Virus record (IMG/VR): IMGVR_UViG_3300023504_000019
Coordinates: 1 to 37,873 of that record
DNA: 37,873 nucleotides
From: a virus
Strand: one strand, 5' to 3'
Shown here: positions 7,912 to 15,291 of the stretch, one piece after another
Numbering within the stretch: position 1 is the stretch's first letter
How the letters are laid out: the number at the start of each line of letters is the position of its first letter
The notes under the pieces: model-generated
Told to the model about the DNA's origin: nothing
Database searches by the model: none
What the model saw: the letters and a program-made list of their open reading frames with translations, nothing else
Program-made: the position numbers and the translations under genes

Positions 7912-8574
7912 TTATCTTGGATTTAAAAACATTAATGTTAGTAGTGTACCGATCGCGAATCCGGCGACCGCTACTCCCCACCATACACGACTGGTTCGTT
8001 CTCTGAAGGATTCATATTCCTCTTTCAAGTCTTTTAATCCGGTTCGTAGCCTGTTATTCTCGATTGATAAGTCCGCCATTTTAATTTGCGCCGCCTCTTC
8101 CGCCTTATCTCTCCGGTAATCTTTGTAACAGTCGGGACAAAGCTTATACGGCTCGCATCCGTACTTCCCGGGTACCCTTGTTATCAAGGAAGGGTGTACC
8201 GCTTTCCCGCAACATGAACATTTACCCCTCAACGCCTCATGCGTTCCGTTGGCAAACTTAATCGCCGCCTCCGTTATCCGGCTTGCCTTCCGTTTCGCCT
8301 CGGTTTCTGCACGCACCTTAGTTTCTATGCTCGCCTCGATCTCCTTCCTTGGCTTATCCTTAAATTCCGTCATTGACTCGTACTTTGCTTTTGGCAAGCC
8401 CTCCACGCTAATCACCTTCTCCTTGTTTTCCTTTAGCTTCCGTTCCGCATTATCATGGATAAAAGACTGAGCGGCGATCCCCATGCACCGGTGACACAGG
8501 CACATGCCATAGTTGAACATGAATAAATTAGCTATCTTGGTTTCTCCGCACACGGCGCAACTTGGTCCCATCAT
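7912..8574 (-). CDS. Tail-anchored membrane protein with two CxxC...CxxC zinc ribbons and a coiled coil (220 aa)
   Basis: CAVCGE...CLCHRC and CSCCGK...CPDCY motifs. Charged helical middle region. C-terminal hydrophobic segment WWGVAVAGFAIGTLLTLMFL. Confidence 0.55.
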   Translation of the reverse strand: MMGPSCAVCGETKIANLFMFNYGMCLCHRCMGIAAQSFIHDNAERKLKENKEKVISVEGLPKAKYESMTEFKDKPRKEIEASIETKVRAETEAKRKASRITEAAIKFANGTHEALRGKCSCCGKAVHPSLITRVPGKYGCEPYKLCPDCYKDYRRDKAEEAAQIKMADLSIENNRLRTGLKDLKEEYESFRERTSRVWWGVAVAGFAIGTLLTLMFLNPR

Positions 8575-8768
8575 CGCTTGCCTCCTTTCTTCATATCTGA
8601 GATAGCACCCGCCATAGATCGGAGTCCGTACAATGCTCGTTTCAGCATATTATCTTTAAACTTTTGGTCTTTCTCAGCCCAACATTCGCCGCAAAACGAA
8701 CCTATCGGGGTGGCGTAGCGGGGACCGCCGTCTGCTATTACTTTCCCGCATTCAACACATTTAATCAT
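8571..8768 (-). CDS. Small zinc-ribbon protein (65 aa)
   Basis: CVECGK-x18-CGECW. Same CxxCG[KE]...CxxC[WYM] pattern as both ribbons of the downstream 220-aa protein. ATGA overlaps on both sides. Confidence 0.55.
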   Translation of the reverse strand: MIKCVECGKVIADGGPRYATPIGSFCGECWAEKDQKFKDNMLKRALYGLRSMAGAISDMKKGGKR

Positions 8769-9250
8769 TTTCTTCGTTGTTTATTGGTTATACTTAAAAT
8801 CTCGTTCGCTAGTAACCTAGCCTCTAACACTGACATCTCAACTAATGGTAAGCCGGATGGTCCTTTCTTTATCTTCACCTTGTCACCATCAATGTAGGCG
8901 TGCGCCCACTTGGTTCTGATCTCGTGCATCCGCTCCTTCATCTTCCGGGTAGCTTCCTCGGCACGCTCCACCCAGTTATCGAAGGTAGAGGCGGGTCGGC
9001 TACTCTCCAATTCTTTGAACTCCTTATCTAGCTCGGATAACTTGTGGATAGAGTGCTCGTAAGAAATTTCCCCATCCTCGTACTCCTTGACTATCTTCCG
9101 TTGCCGGGCTTCGTAATCATCTACTGACTGACCTTCGTATTCTCGGTTTAGATCGGCTAGCTTGGATTGCATATCGGGAAAGTCTATTCTCCAGTCACGG
9201 TAAGCGCTTAATATAGCCTTCCGCCTATCATCATATTCTTGGTACGTCAT
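8765..9250 (-). CDS. Hypothetical charged helical protein (161 aa from MTYQEYDD)
   Basis: Track ORF 8765..9364. The internal ATG at 9250 makes an ATGA overlap with the stop of ORF 9247..9495, which removes a 118-nt overlap. Confidence 0.5.
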   Translation of the reverse strand: MTYQEYDDRRKAILSAYRDWRIDFPDMQSKLADLNREYEGQSVDDYEARQRKIVKEYEDGEISYEHSIHKLSELDKEFKELESSRPASTFDNWVERAEEATRKMKERMHEIRTKWAHAYIDGDKVKIKKGPSGLPLVEMSVLEARLLANEILSITNKQRRK

Positions 9251-9495
9251 AACCACAGCCAATCTAAGTTGAACATATTCTTTAATAACATCCGGATCAT
9301 CAGACCGAACCACGCTCCGGCTCCGGTCAGCCAAAAGTCTATCCAGTCCCATTTGCCACCCCATTGGCTATCCTTGAATTCCATCCCTGCGGCTGCTCCA
9401 CAGGTGAATGCGAATCCGGCAACTAAGGATACTAGGAAGCCGTACACTAGGTGCTTCCACCGATTCGACTGTTTAAACCAATTCAATATTTTCAT
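9247..9495 (-). CDS. Small integral membrane protein, two predicted TM segments (82 aa)
   Basis: Hydrophobic stretches LVYGFLVSLVAGFAFTCGAAAG and WIDFWLTGAGAWFGLMI. Trp-rich loop GGKWDWIDFW. Confidence 0.5.
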   Translation of the reverse strand: MKILNWFKQSNRWKHLVYGFLVSLVAGFAFTCGAAAGMEFKDSQWGGKWDWIDFWLTGAGAWFGLMIRMLLKNMFNLDWLWL

Positions 9496-9868
9496 CTTTC
9501 AATTCCTCCATTACTGCTTTAAAGTTTTTAATAATCTTCGATAATCTTTCGGCGTCTTTCTCTAGGATGCCCAAAACATAACGCCTACCTTGTCTCTTCC
9601 TTTGCCTCGCCGCCCATTCCTTTTTCTCGTTCGGTGTGAGATACTCATAGGTATCTAGGAACGGACGCAACCTCTCGATCGTTTTCTCTCTCAGTTCCTC
9701 ATAGAACTGTTTCCTTACATACTTGGTTAGCCTGTTATCGGATTCTTTTGGGAAGAGAATTGATTCGGGGTATTCCATCAGCATGTCGAACTTAATCTCA
9801 TCCTCCGCCTCCTTCCATTCGTTCGGGAACCAAGTAGTTAGGAATCTTTCGGCTATCTTTCCTTTCAT
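9473..9868 (-). CDS. Hypothetical early protein (131 aa)
   Basis: ATG at 9868 with an ATGA overlap to the upstream gene. Charged, helical composition. No motif recognised. Confidence 0.5.
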   Translation of the reverse strand: MKGKIAERFLTTWFPNEWKEAEDEIKFDMLMEYPESILFPKESDNRLTKYVRKQFYEELREKTIERLRPFLDTYEYLTPNEKKEWAARQRKRQGRRYVLGILEKDAERLSKIIKNFKAVMEELKDENIELV

Positions 9869-10098
9869 GGCGTCACCAGTTCAAAGTGAACATCTTTCCC
9901 GTCATCCCGTTTGTCTCCGGAACATTCGAAGTGAATGCAACCTTTTCCGTACTTCATCCGGTGATTCTTACTCAGCAGGGGACAGCCTTCACACATGCTT
10001 ATCCATTCGAACGCCGGGTCCTCTCTGCAAACTATTTCCGTACCATCGTCTAGCTTAAACGTTTCGTCTACGGGAACTTGGATGTATCTTGTTTTCAT
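9865..10098 (-). CDS. Small Cys4 protein (77 aa from MKTRYIQ), tandem paralogue of 10101..10307
   Basis: Shared pattern V-x-C-x-ED...C-x2-C...C...C...RDD-x2-DVHF-x2-V with the adjacent ORF. The ATG at 10098 lies 2 nt after the upstream stop; the track start at 10158 would overlap. Confidence 0.5.
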   Translation of the reverse strand: MKTRYIQVPVDETFKLDDGTEIVCREDPAFEWISMCEGCPLLSKNHRMKYGKGCIHFECSGDKRDDGKDVHFELVTP

Positions 10099-10100
10099 GG

Positions 10101-10307
10101 TTAATCTACTTTTATAAAATGAACGTCTCTCATATCGTCTCTCTCGTGTGACGCACAACTTATGGTATTACATCTTAGTGATCCGTGGAAGGCGCAAGAT
10201 TCGCATTGGTCATCCCGTCTAGTATCATCTTCCACACATTGTACTCTCTTCCCTATGTACTCGAATACTTCGTCTAGTTCCGGGTGAATCTTAGTTTTTA
10301 CTTTCAT
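10101..10307 (-). CDS. Small Cys4 protein (68 aa), tandem paralogue of 9865..10098
   Basis: VQCVEDD...CESC...C...C...ERDDMRDVHFIKV aligns with the neighbouring ORF. Confidence 0.5.
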   Translation of the reverse strand: MKVKTKIHPELDEVFEYIGKRVQCVEDDTRRDDQCESCAFHGSLRCNTISCASHERDDMRDVHFIKVD

Positions 10308-10309
10308 GG

Positions 10310-10723
10310 CTACTCACTTATTGCTTTCAACATCTTCTTTAACTCACCCTTGCTTACCATGATGGAGGACGCGAACATTTGCGTTATTCCGATCTCCCAT
10401 CCTCCCATCATTGCACCCATGTTCCGGGCGATGTTATCAGAAGGATTATTCAAAGGTACGGTTTCCTTTCCGGAGTAATCAAGCATTGACTGAATGATGG
10501 CGACCGCTTGTTCCTTAGTTCCTAGCGATACAGTCATTATCGTGGTGACGTCCTGTTTGACTAGTCCTTTGATCTCGAAGGTATCAGCTACCTTGTACAA
10601 CTTGATAACGCCCATGCGATAGGAAGCTACTTGTTCCGGTTTCGGTGATTCTTTGATCTGAGCGATTGCACTTGCTGCAAAAGCAGCGATTAAAACGATA
10701 AATGCTAATGTAAACTTTTTCAC
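10310..10723 (-). CDS. Secreted or periplasmic early protein with a signal peptide (137 aa)
   Basis: N-terminus (V/M)KKFTLAFIVLIAAFAASAIAQ shows n-, h- and c-regions with an AxA-like cleavage site. The start codon is GTG. No lipobox Cys. Confidence 0.5.
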   Translation of the reverse strand: MKKFTLAFIVLIAAFAASAIAQIKESPKPEQVASYRMGVIKLYKVADTFEIKGLVKQDVTTIMTVSLGTKEQAVAIIQSMLDYSGKETVPLNNPSDNIARNMGAMMGGWEIGITQMFASSIMVSKGELKKMLKAISE

Positions 10724-10749
10724 GATTCTTTGTTTTTAAATGATTAATA

Positions 10750-11001
10750 TTATATTTCTGATCTTAATTCGTCTACTATGTTGTACCAAAATTGCCGTCC
10801 CTCCGGACAATCAAAGAATATGAATGATGCTTCTATCATATCGGATAGATACGGGTAGGTAGTTAATAACATATTTCTCCTTTGTACACAGTTTAGCTTG
10901 ACCTCCGTGGCCCGCTTATCCGTGTTGGATACCCATTTATCGAATATACCAAGCTCTTTCATCTTGGCTACTTTCTGAACTGCATTTCTATAATTTTCCA
11001 T
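10750..11001 (-). CDS. Hypothetical early protein (83 aa)
   Basis: ATG-initiated minus-strand ORF in the co-directional array. No motif recognised. Confidence 0.45.
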   Translation of the reverse strand: MENYRNAVQKVAKMKELGIFDKWVSNTDKRATEVKLNCVQRRNMLLTTYPYLSDMIEASFIFFDCPEGRQFWYNIVDELRSEI

Positions 11002-11019
11002 GATCCTGTATTTTAATAG

Positions 11020-11205
11020 TTAATATGACAATGATACAAGAGTCATTCCACCACCCTGCGACTTGATGTATCTTCTAGCTTGTTGGTAAGCTGCGTTTCG
11101 GTTCATCGCATATAGATGAAGGGTCTCTAGGTCATAGTGGCCGTTTATCATCTCTACTCTGAATGTTGTTACAAATCTCGGTTTCCATTGGTCGTTACGT
11201 CTCAT
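11020..11205 (-). CDS. Hypothetical early protein (61 aa), first gene after promoter cassette P1
   Basis: ATG at 11205, 41 nt downstream of the -7 box at 11246-11253. Confidence 0.4.
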   Translation of the reverse strand: MRRNDQWKPRFVTTFRVEMINGHYDLETLHLYAMNRNAAYQQARRYIKSQGGGMTLVSLSY

Positions 11206-11245
11206 AATCTTTATTATTTAGATTGTTATTCTTATTTCTATATGA

Positions 11246-11305
11246 CAAATGTACGGCGAAGTTTTGGTTTTGCCAAATTTTGAACAAAGTATTAACATTC
11301 ATTAG
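11246..11305 (-). promoter_or_regulatory. Promoter cassette P1 (Bacteroidota type, conserved about 65-bp unit)
   Basis: Minus strand: TTTG (11277-11274), 20 nt, TACATTTG (11253-11246). The upstream block TAATGAATGTTAATACTTTGTTCAAAATTTGGCAAA is shared with P2 and P3. Confidence 0.65.
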
Positions 11306-11313
11306 TGGACCGA

Positions 11314-11354
11314 TGTTTCACAGTAACGTCCATTAACGTTTATACTGTGAAACA
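11314..11354 (-). other. Perfect 12-bp hairpin enclosing the SNF2 stop codon
   Basis: TGTTTCACAGTA (11314-11325) and TACTGTGAAACA (11343-11354) are exact reverse complements. The loop has additional ACGT/ACGT pairing. There is no U-tract on the minus strand. Confidence 0.6.
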
Positions 11355-12736
11355 ATCTCTTTGATAGTGTCTATTAACATATTCTGTGTACCTGCTTTTT
11401 CCTGTAACCTGCTAGCTACCTTCTCGTCTATGGTGCGCTTGGCGATGATGTGATGAATGAACACGGGCTTGGTCTGTCCCTGTCTCCACAAGCGGGCGTT
11501 GAACTGCTGATACAATTCCAAATTCCAAGTAGTACCAAACCAAATGATGTTGTTACCACCCTTCTGTAAATTCAGCCCGTGACCCACTGAGGCGGGATGA
11601 GCGATGAGGACCTTTATCTTTCCGGCGTTCCAGTCCTTTATGACGGTCGTGGCGTCTGCTTTCGAATCACCACCGATCCGGACAGGCTTTAGCTTGGCTA
11701 GTGCTTTCATGATACGTTCAGCCTCGTGAATGAAGTTGTAAGCGATAAGCACTGGCGACCCGTTCAACGCCTCTACCATCTCCACAAGCATCTCGATCTT
11801 GGCGTCCCCCACCTTTATGATCTTCCGGTCTGCATCATACAGAGCACCGCTTGCGAACTGCTGTAACTTGCTCGACAGAGCGGCGGCGGACATAGCGGTT
11901 ATCTCCTTCTCATCTCCCATTTCATCGAACATGGCTAGTACCTGCTCACTCTCGAATTCCTTGTACGCTGCATACTCGCTGTCAGACAATGCCACCCTGT
12001 CATACAGGTAACTTACTTCCGGCATATCCAAGTAGTCTACGGCTTTCATCGAAAGGGTGATGTCGGCGATACGCTCGGACAATTCCGTTTCGGTGTTTTC
12101 CCGCGGCTTATAGTTATAGACGATGCCACCATTTTGCGCGCCGGGCTTAAAGTAGTTAGCCCGGTAATCGGTGATAGACTTGCCTAGCCGCTTGCCTCCA
12201 TCTATGACGAACATTTGCGCCCAAAGGTCTATCAAACCATTAGGAGCGGGCGTTCCGGTTAGCCCGATGATCCGGGTAGCGAATCGGCGTATCTTCTTCA
12301 TAGCTTTAAAGCGTTCCGACTGGTGGTTCTTGAATGACGATAGCTCATCGATCACGATGCAGTCGAAAGGGACCTTAACGCCTCCGAAGTGTTCCAACAA
12401 CCAAACAAGGTTATCACGTCCGATGGTGTACACGTCCGCATCAGCATGCGCCGCCGCTATCCGCTTCTTCTGTGTCCCGGCAATGACAGATATACGAAGG
12501 TTGTGAAGGTGGGACCAGTTCGTTATCTCATCAGCCCACGTCACCTCGGCGACGCGTTTAGGCGCAACGATAAGTACCTTAGTCACTTCGAAGTATTCTA
12601 TCATATCGGAGATAGCGGTCAGAGTGGTAACCGTTTTCCCTAGTCCCATGTCAAGGAATAGAGCGCATTCGGGATTATCCTTGATATGCTCTACTCCTTG
12701 CACTTGGTATTTATGCAGTTGGTTTCTATTCAACAT
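11333..12736 (-). CDS. SNF2/Rad54-family (SF2) helicase/translocase (467 aa)
   Basis: Motif I DMGLGKT, motif II VIDELSSF, motif III LTGTPAPNGLIDLWAQ, motif VI QQFNARLWRQGQTKPV. Confidence 0.85.
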   Translation of the reverse strand: MLNRNQLHKYQVQGVEHIKDNPECALFLDMGLGKTVTTLTAISDMIEYFEVTKVLIVAPKRVAEVTWADEITNWSHLHNLRISVIAGTQKKRIAAAHADADVYTIGRDNLVWLLEHFGGVKVPFDCIVIDELSSFKNHQSERFKAMKKIRRFATRIIGLTGTPAPNGLIDLWAQMFVIDGGKRLGKSITDYRANYFKPGAQNGGIVYNYKPRENTETELSERIADITLSMKAVDYLDMPEVSYLYDRVALSDSEYAAYKEFESEQVLAMFDEMGDEKEITAMSAAALSSKLQQFASGALYDADRKIIKVGDAKIEMLVEMVEALNGSPVLIAYNFIHEAERIMKALAKLKPVRIGGDSKADATTVIKDWNAGKIKVLIAHPASVGHGLNLQKGGNNIIWFGTTWNLELYQQFNARLWRQGQTKPVFIHHIIAKRTIDEKVASRLQEKAGTQNMLIDTIKEIVSQYKR

Positions 12737-13028
12737 CTTCTAGGTCATTAATATCAACGTACCAATAACTTGTCAACGGGTCAGCGTCTAGGATCATCCG
12801 GTCATATAAACCTTGCTTATCTTCGGGGGACCACCCACGGTTATTCATCGGAAGGGTATCGGGCAATTCCACTATGATGGAAGGAGCACCTAGCCCGTCT
12901 TGCTTGGTGTACCCGGCTATGGTTACGGCCTCGCCTTCGAACATGCCTTTCTTGATAACGAATTTCTTTGCTAGGTTCGTGTCTACGAAGTCCTGCACAT
13001 CTTTTAATAATTCATCATAATATTTCAT
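12726..13028 (-). CDS. Hypothetical early protein (100 aa)
   Basis: ATG-initiated ORF overlapping both neighbours by a few nt. No motif recognised. Confidence 0.45.
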   Translation of the reverse strand: MKYYDELLKDVQDFVDTNLAKKFVIKKGMFEGEAVTIAGYTKQDGLGAPSIIVELPDTLPMNNRGWSPEDKQGLYDRMILDADPLTSYWYVDINDLEDVE

Positions 13029-13459
13029 AATCCAATGCTTTTTGTATAAAGTTCATCTAATAAATCGTCTAGCGTCCACCGTTCCGGAAACAGCTTGATA
13101 AGTGCTTCCACCGTTTCGAGAAGGTCCGGTCTTACGCAATCAGTTCCTAACAAGTCGGCTACGGTGTGTAGCTTGTTATTCTTGTAAACCTCAGACCGAA
13201 ATGTTTCTTTCAGTTCGTCTGCCGACTGGACCATCGCCGCACCTTCCAAGTCACCCAAGTTCCGGCGGGAATACTCAGCCCGGAGGACCTTATCGGGAAC
13301 CTCTGATAACAAGAACTGTTTAATGTTATCCGGTAACCGTCCCACGGCCTCACCGATCATGTAACCGTCCGCTGGGGTGTTGTTCGCCATCTTTGTTACG
13401 TTATCCACGAACAAGGCTATCCGGTCCTCCTTTAGTTTCTTTCTAAAATCTACCGCCAT
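13025..13459 (-). CDS. Hypothetical early protein (144 aa)
   Basis: ATG-initiated ORF with an ATGA overlap downstream. No motif recognised. Confidence 0.45.
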   Translation of the reverse strand: MAVDFRKKLKEDRIALFVDNVTKMANNTPADGYMIGEAVGRLPDNIKQFLLSEVPDKVLRAEYSRRNLGDLEGAAMVQSADELKETFRSEVYKNNKLHTVADLLGTDCVRPDLLETVEALIKLFPERWTLDDLLDELYTKSIGL

Positions 13460-13463
13460 AATC

Positions 13464-13739
13464 CTATAAATTTTTAAATTCTTGATTCTGTTTTCTTAAT
13501 ACTTGCCGGATTCTTTTACGGGCATATTCGGCGATGTCCCTTGCCATATCGTCCTCTAGCACAACCGAATCACTATGATGCACCCCGTCGCCATTTACGA
13601 ACGATAGTACTACCCCTTCGAAACGTTCGCTCTCTAACCACGATGTTATTTCGGTTACCGCTTCCTCGTTTCTCTCTATATCATAATTTAACTTTGAGGC
13701 ACGAAAATAATCATCTCTATCCATACTACAAAATTTCAT
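13464..13739 (-). CDS. Hypothetical early protein (91 aa)
   Basis: ATG-initiated ORF in the co-directional array. Confidence 0.45.
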   Translation of the reverse strand: MKFCSMDRDDYFRASKLNYDIERNEEAVTEITSWLESERFEGVVLSFVNGDGVHHSDSVVLEDDMARDIAEYARKRIRQVLRKQNQEFKNL

Positions 13740-14010
13740 TTAGTCTTTTATCAATCGAATTAACTATCTCCCTATGAACGATTATTCGCAAAGCGTTGTA
13801 CGCGGTTGGGGCGTCTTTGAATTGATCATACCGTAACCGGAACATTAGTACATCCTTATCAATGGTTACCCGAACGTTCATATCCTCGGGATTGAAGTAG
13901 ATGTTTACCCGGTCCCACCCGTTAGCCTGCTTCTTTCTAAGGTTCCACGGACCGACTTTAATAAAGCCGAGTGCAAGGAAATGCTGCATAAATTCTGTCC
14001 TATCTTCCAT
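13726..14010 (-). CDS. Hypothetical early protein (94 aa)
   Basis: ATG-initiated ORF in the co-directional array. Confidence 0.45.
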   Translation of the reverse strand: MEDRTEFMQHFLALGFIKVGPWNLRKKQANGWDRVNIYFNPEDMNVRVTIDKDVLMFRLRYDQFKDAPTAYNALRIIVHREIVNSIDKRLNEIL

Positions 14011-14323
14011 ATACTTCGCTCATTTTAATTAAATGGTCTATAAGATTCTTAGCTTTCTCGTATGTCTCTACGCTATCCACCACAAGGACCGGAAAGTCTA
14101 AAGCCTGTATTCTCTTATGAACGTATTCCTGTATCTTGGTGGGCTTCTTTCCAGTGCTTTTGAATTCCACAAAAACCACTATCCCGCCTTTCAAAAGAAA
14201 CATCCTGTCCGGCAAGCCTCGGAGGAACTGAGATAGCAGTTTAACCGCCATCCCTCCCATGTCATCCACGTACTTTGAAAGGGTACGCTCGAATACTTTC
14301 TCACTTGTCTCTGCACTTTTCAT
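14000..14323 (-). CDS. VRR-NUC domain nuclease (107 aa)
   Basis: PD-(D/E)XK-like core ...GLPDRMFLLKGGIVVFVEFKSTGKKPTKIQ (D...ExK). Size and placement next to SNF2 fit the DUF2800/DUF2815/PolA/VirE replication module. Confidence 0.7.
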   Translation of the reverse strand: MKSAETSEKVFERTLSKYVDDMGGMAVKLLSQFLRGLPDRMFLLKGGIVVFVEFKSTGKKPTKIQEYVHKRIQALDFPVLVVDSVETYEKAKNLIDHLIKMSEVYGR

Positions 14324-14540
14324 AATCTACCGGGAATGTAAGTACTTGGTGTTGGAACTTAGCGTTGAACTGTTGTACCCGCTTTGCGGTTAGCTTGTAC
14401 GCTTTGCGAACCTTTTGCGCCTCTTCTAAGGTTTTGCAGCACCCGCCGTATATGGTGCGGAATTGTCTATCACTACCTAGTTCCTGAACACAGAAACGTT
14501 CTTCGCGTTGTTCGTTAATCTTTTTAATCCTTGTTTTCAT
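14301..14540 (-). CDS. Hypothetical early protein (79 aa)
   Basis: ATG-initiated ORF. Basic. No motif recognised. Confidence 0.4.
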   Translation of the reverse strand: MKTRIKKINEQREERFCVQELGSDRQFRTIYGGCCKTLEEAQKVRKAYKLTAKRVQQFNAKFQHQVLTFPVDYEKCRDK

Positions 14541-14703
14541 CTTCTTCTACGGTATAAGTTAATAATACTCGGTCACATCTGAATAGTGCCATTACATTCG
14601 CTTTGAACTCTTCCGGAGTAAGCCCGGAGACCATGATAGGCGTCTTACTTATGGTATCCCATACCTCGCCGTTAATGATGGTTACTTTTTCGATTCTCAA
14701 CAT
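14524..14703 (-). CDS. Possible small ORF (59 aa, MLRIEKVTIINGEVWD...)
   Basis: Translated manually; it is below the track cut-off. It overlaps both flanking ORFs in the coupled pattern used throughout the array. Confidence 0.35.
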   Translation of the reverse strand: MLRIEKVTIINGEVWDTISKTPIMVSGLTPEEFKANVMALFRCDRVLLTYTVEEDENKD

Positions 14704-14774
14704 ACAAATAAAATATAAGCGGTGATTAATACACAGATTCCGATGAATCCCAAAACGTTTAGTACCTGTTTCAT
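14697..14774 (-). CDS. Possible 25-aa hydrophobic micro-protein (MKQVLNVLGFIGICVLITAYILFVC)
   Basis: Translated manually. Single TM-like stretch. Its TGA overlaps the next ATG (ATGTTGA). Confidence 0.3.
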   Translation of the reverse strand: MKQVLNVLGFIGICVLITAYILFVC

Positions 14775-14789
14775 ATCCTTTGATTTTGT

Positions 14790-14805
14790 GGGCGGTTTCC
14801 CGCCC
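14790..14805 (-). other. GC hairpin with a GAAA tetraloop (minus-strand RNA)
   Basis: GGGCGG (14790-14795), tttc, CCGCCC (14800-14805). On the minus strand this reads GGGCGG-GAAA-CCGCCC, 15 nt upstream of the micro-ORF ATG. No U-tract. Confidence 0.4.
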
Positions 14806-14814
14806 GGTTAATGA

Positions 14815-15012
14815 TTAGTCTAATATTTGTTCTACTCCGATTAAGTACCCGTTCTCGAACATTTCATTTAATTTTGGAGAATTCGTGCAATATAATTCAT
14901 CAACTAGTTCACCAAAACATGGATATTTATCCTTCCGGAATTTTAGGTCTACCTTAATAGATTTGATTCTGCTTCCCATTTTGAACTTAGCTTTTAATGT
15001 AATTGTCTTCAT
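14815..15012 (-). CDS. Hypothetical early protein (65 aa)
   Basis: ATG-initiated ORF in the track. Confidence 0.4.
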   Translation of the reverse strand: MKTITLKAKFKMGSRIKSIKVDLKFRKDKYPCFGELVDELYCTNSPKLNEMFENGYLIGVEQILD

Positions 15013-15015
15013 ATC

Positions 15016-15174
15016 TTAAGCCTCCCTTACTCCTATTAGTTCATATTTATTTGCTTTACAGTATCTATACGCCACATCGAAAACTTTCTTTATAGTTGTT
15101 TCTGTGTAACATTGATAATCTCTTTTACCTTCTGAGTTTCTAAATTCAATGATGTAAACTTTACCAGCTTTCAT
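15016..15174 (-). CDS. Possible small ORF (52 aa, MKAGKVYIIEFRNSEGKRDY...), first gene after cassette P2
   Basis: Translated manually. ATG at 15174 lies 47 nt downstream of the -7 box. Its stop is 3 nt before the next ATG. Confidence 0.35.
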   Translation of the reverse strand: MKAGKVYIIEFRNSEGKRDYQCYTETTIKKVFDVAYRYCKANKYELIGVREA

Positions 15175-15220
15175 AATCTTATATTTTTTAATTGTTACTA
15201 CTTGTTTAACTTTGATGATG

Positions 15221-15291
15221 CAAATATAGGGCAGGTTTCTGAATTTGCCAAATTTTGAACAAAGAATTAACTTTGATTAACGATACAATAA
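15221..15291 (-). promoter_or_regulatory. Promoter cassette P2 (Bacteroidota type)
   Basis: Minus strand: TTTG (15252-15249), 20 nt, TATATTTG (15228-15221). Upstream block GTTAATCAAAGTTAATTCTTTGTTCAAAATTTGGCAAA. Confidence 0.65.

Noticed and set aside
8765-9364. Long form of the 199-aa ORF overlapping the membrane-protein gene by 118 nt
   Set aside because: The internal ATG at 9250 gives the ATGA coupling seen elsewhere and removes the overlap. The extra 38 codons are more likely non-coding in that frame.
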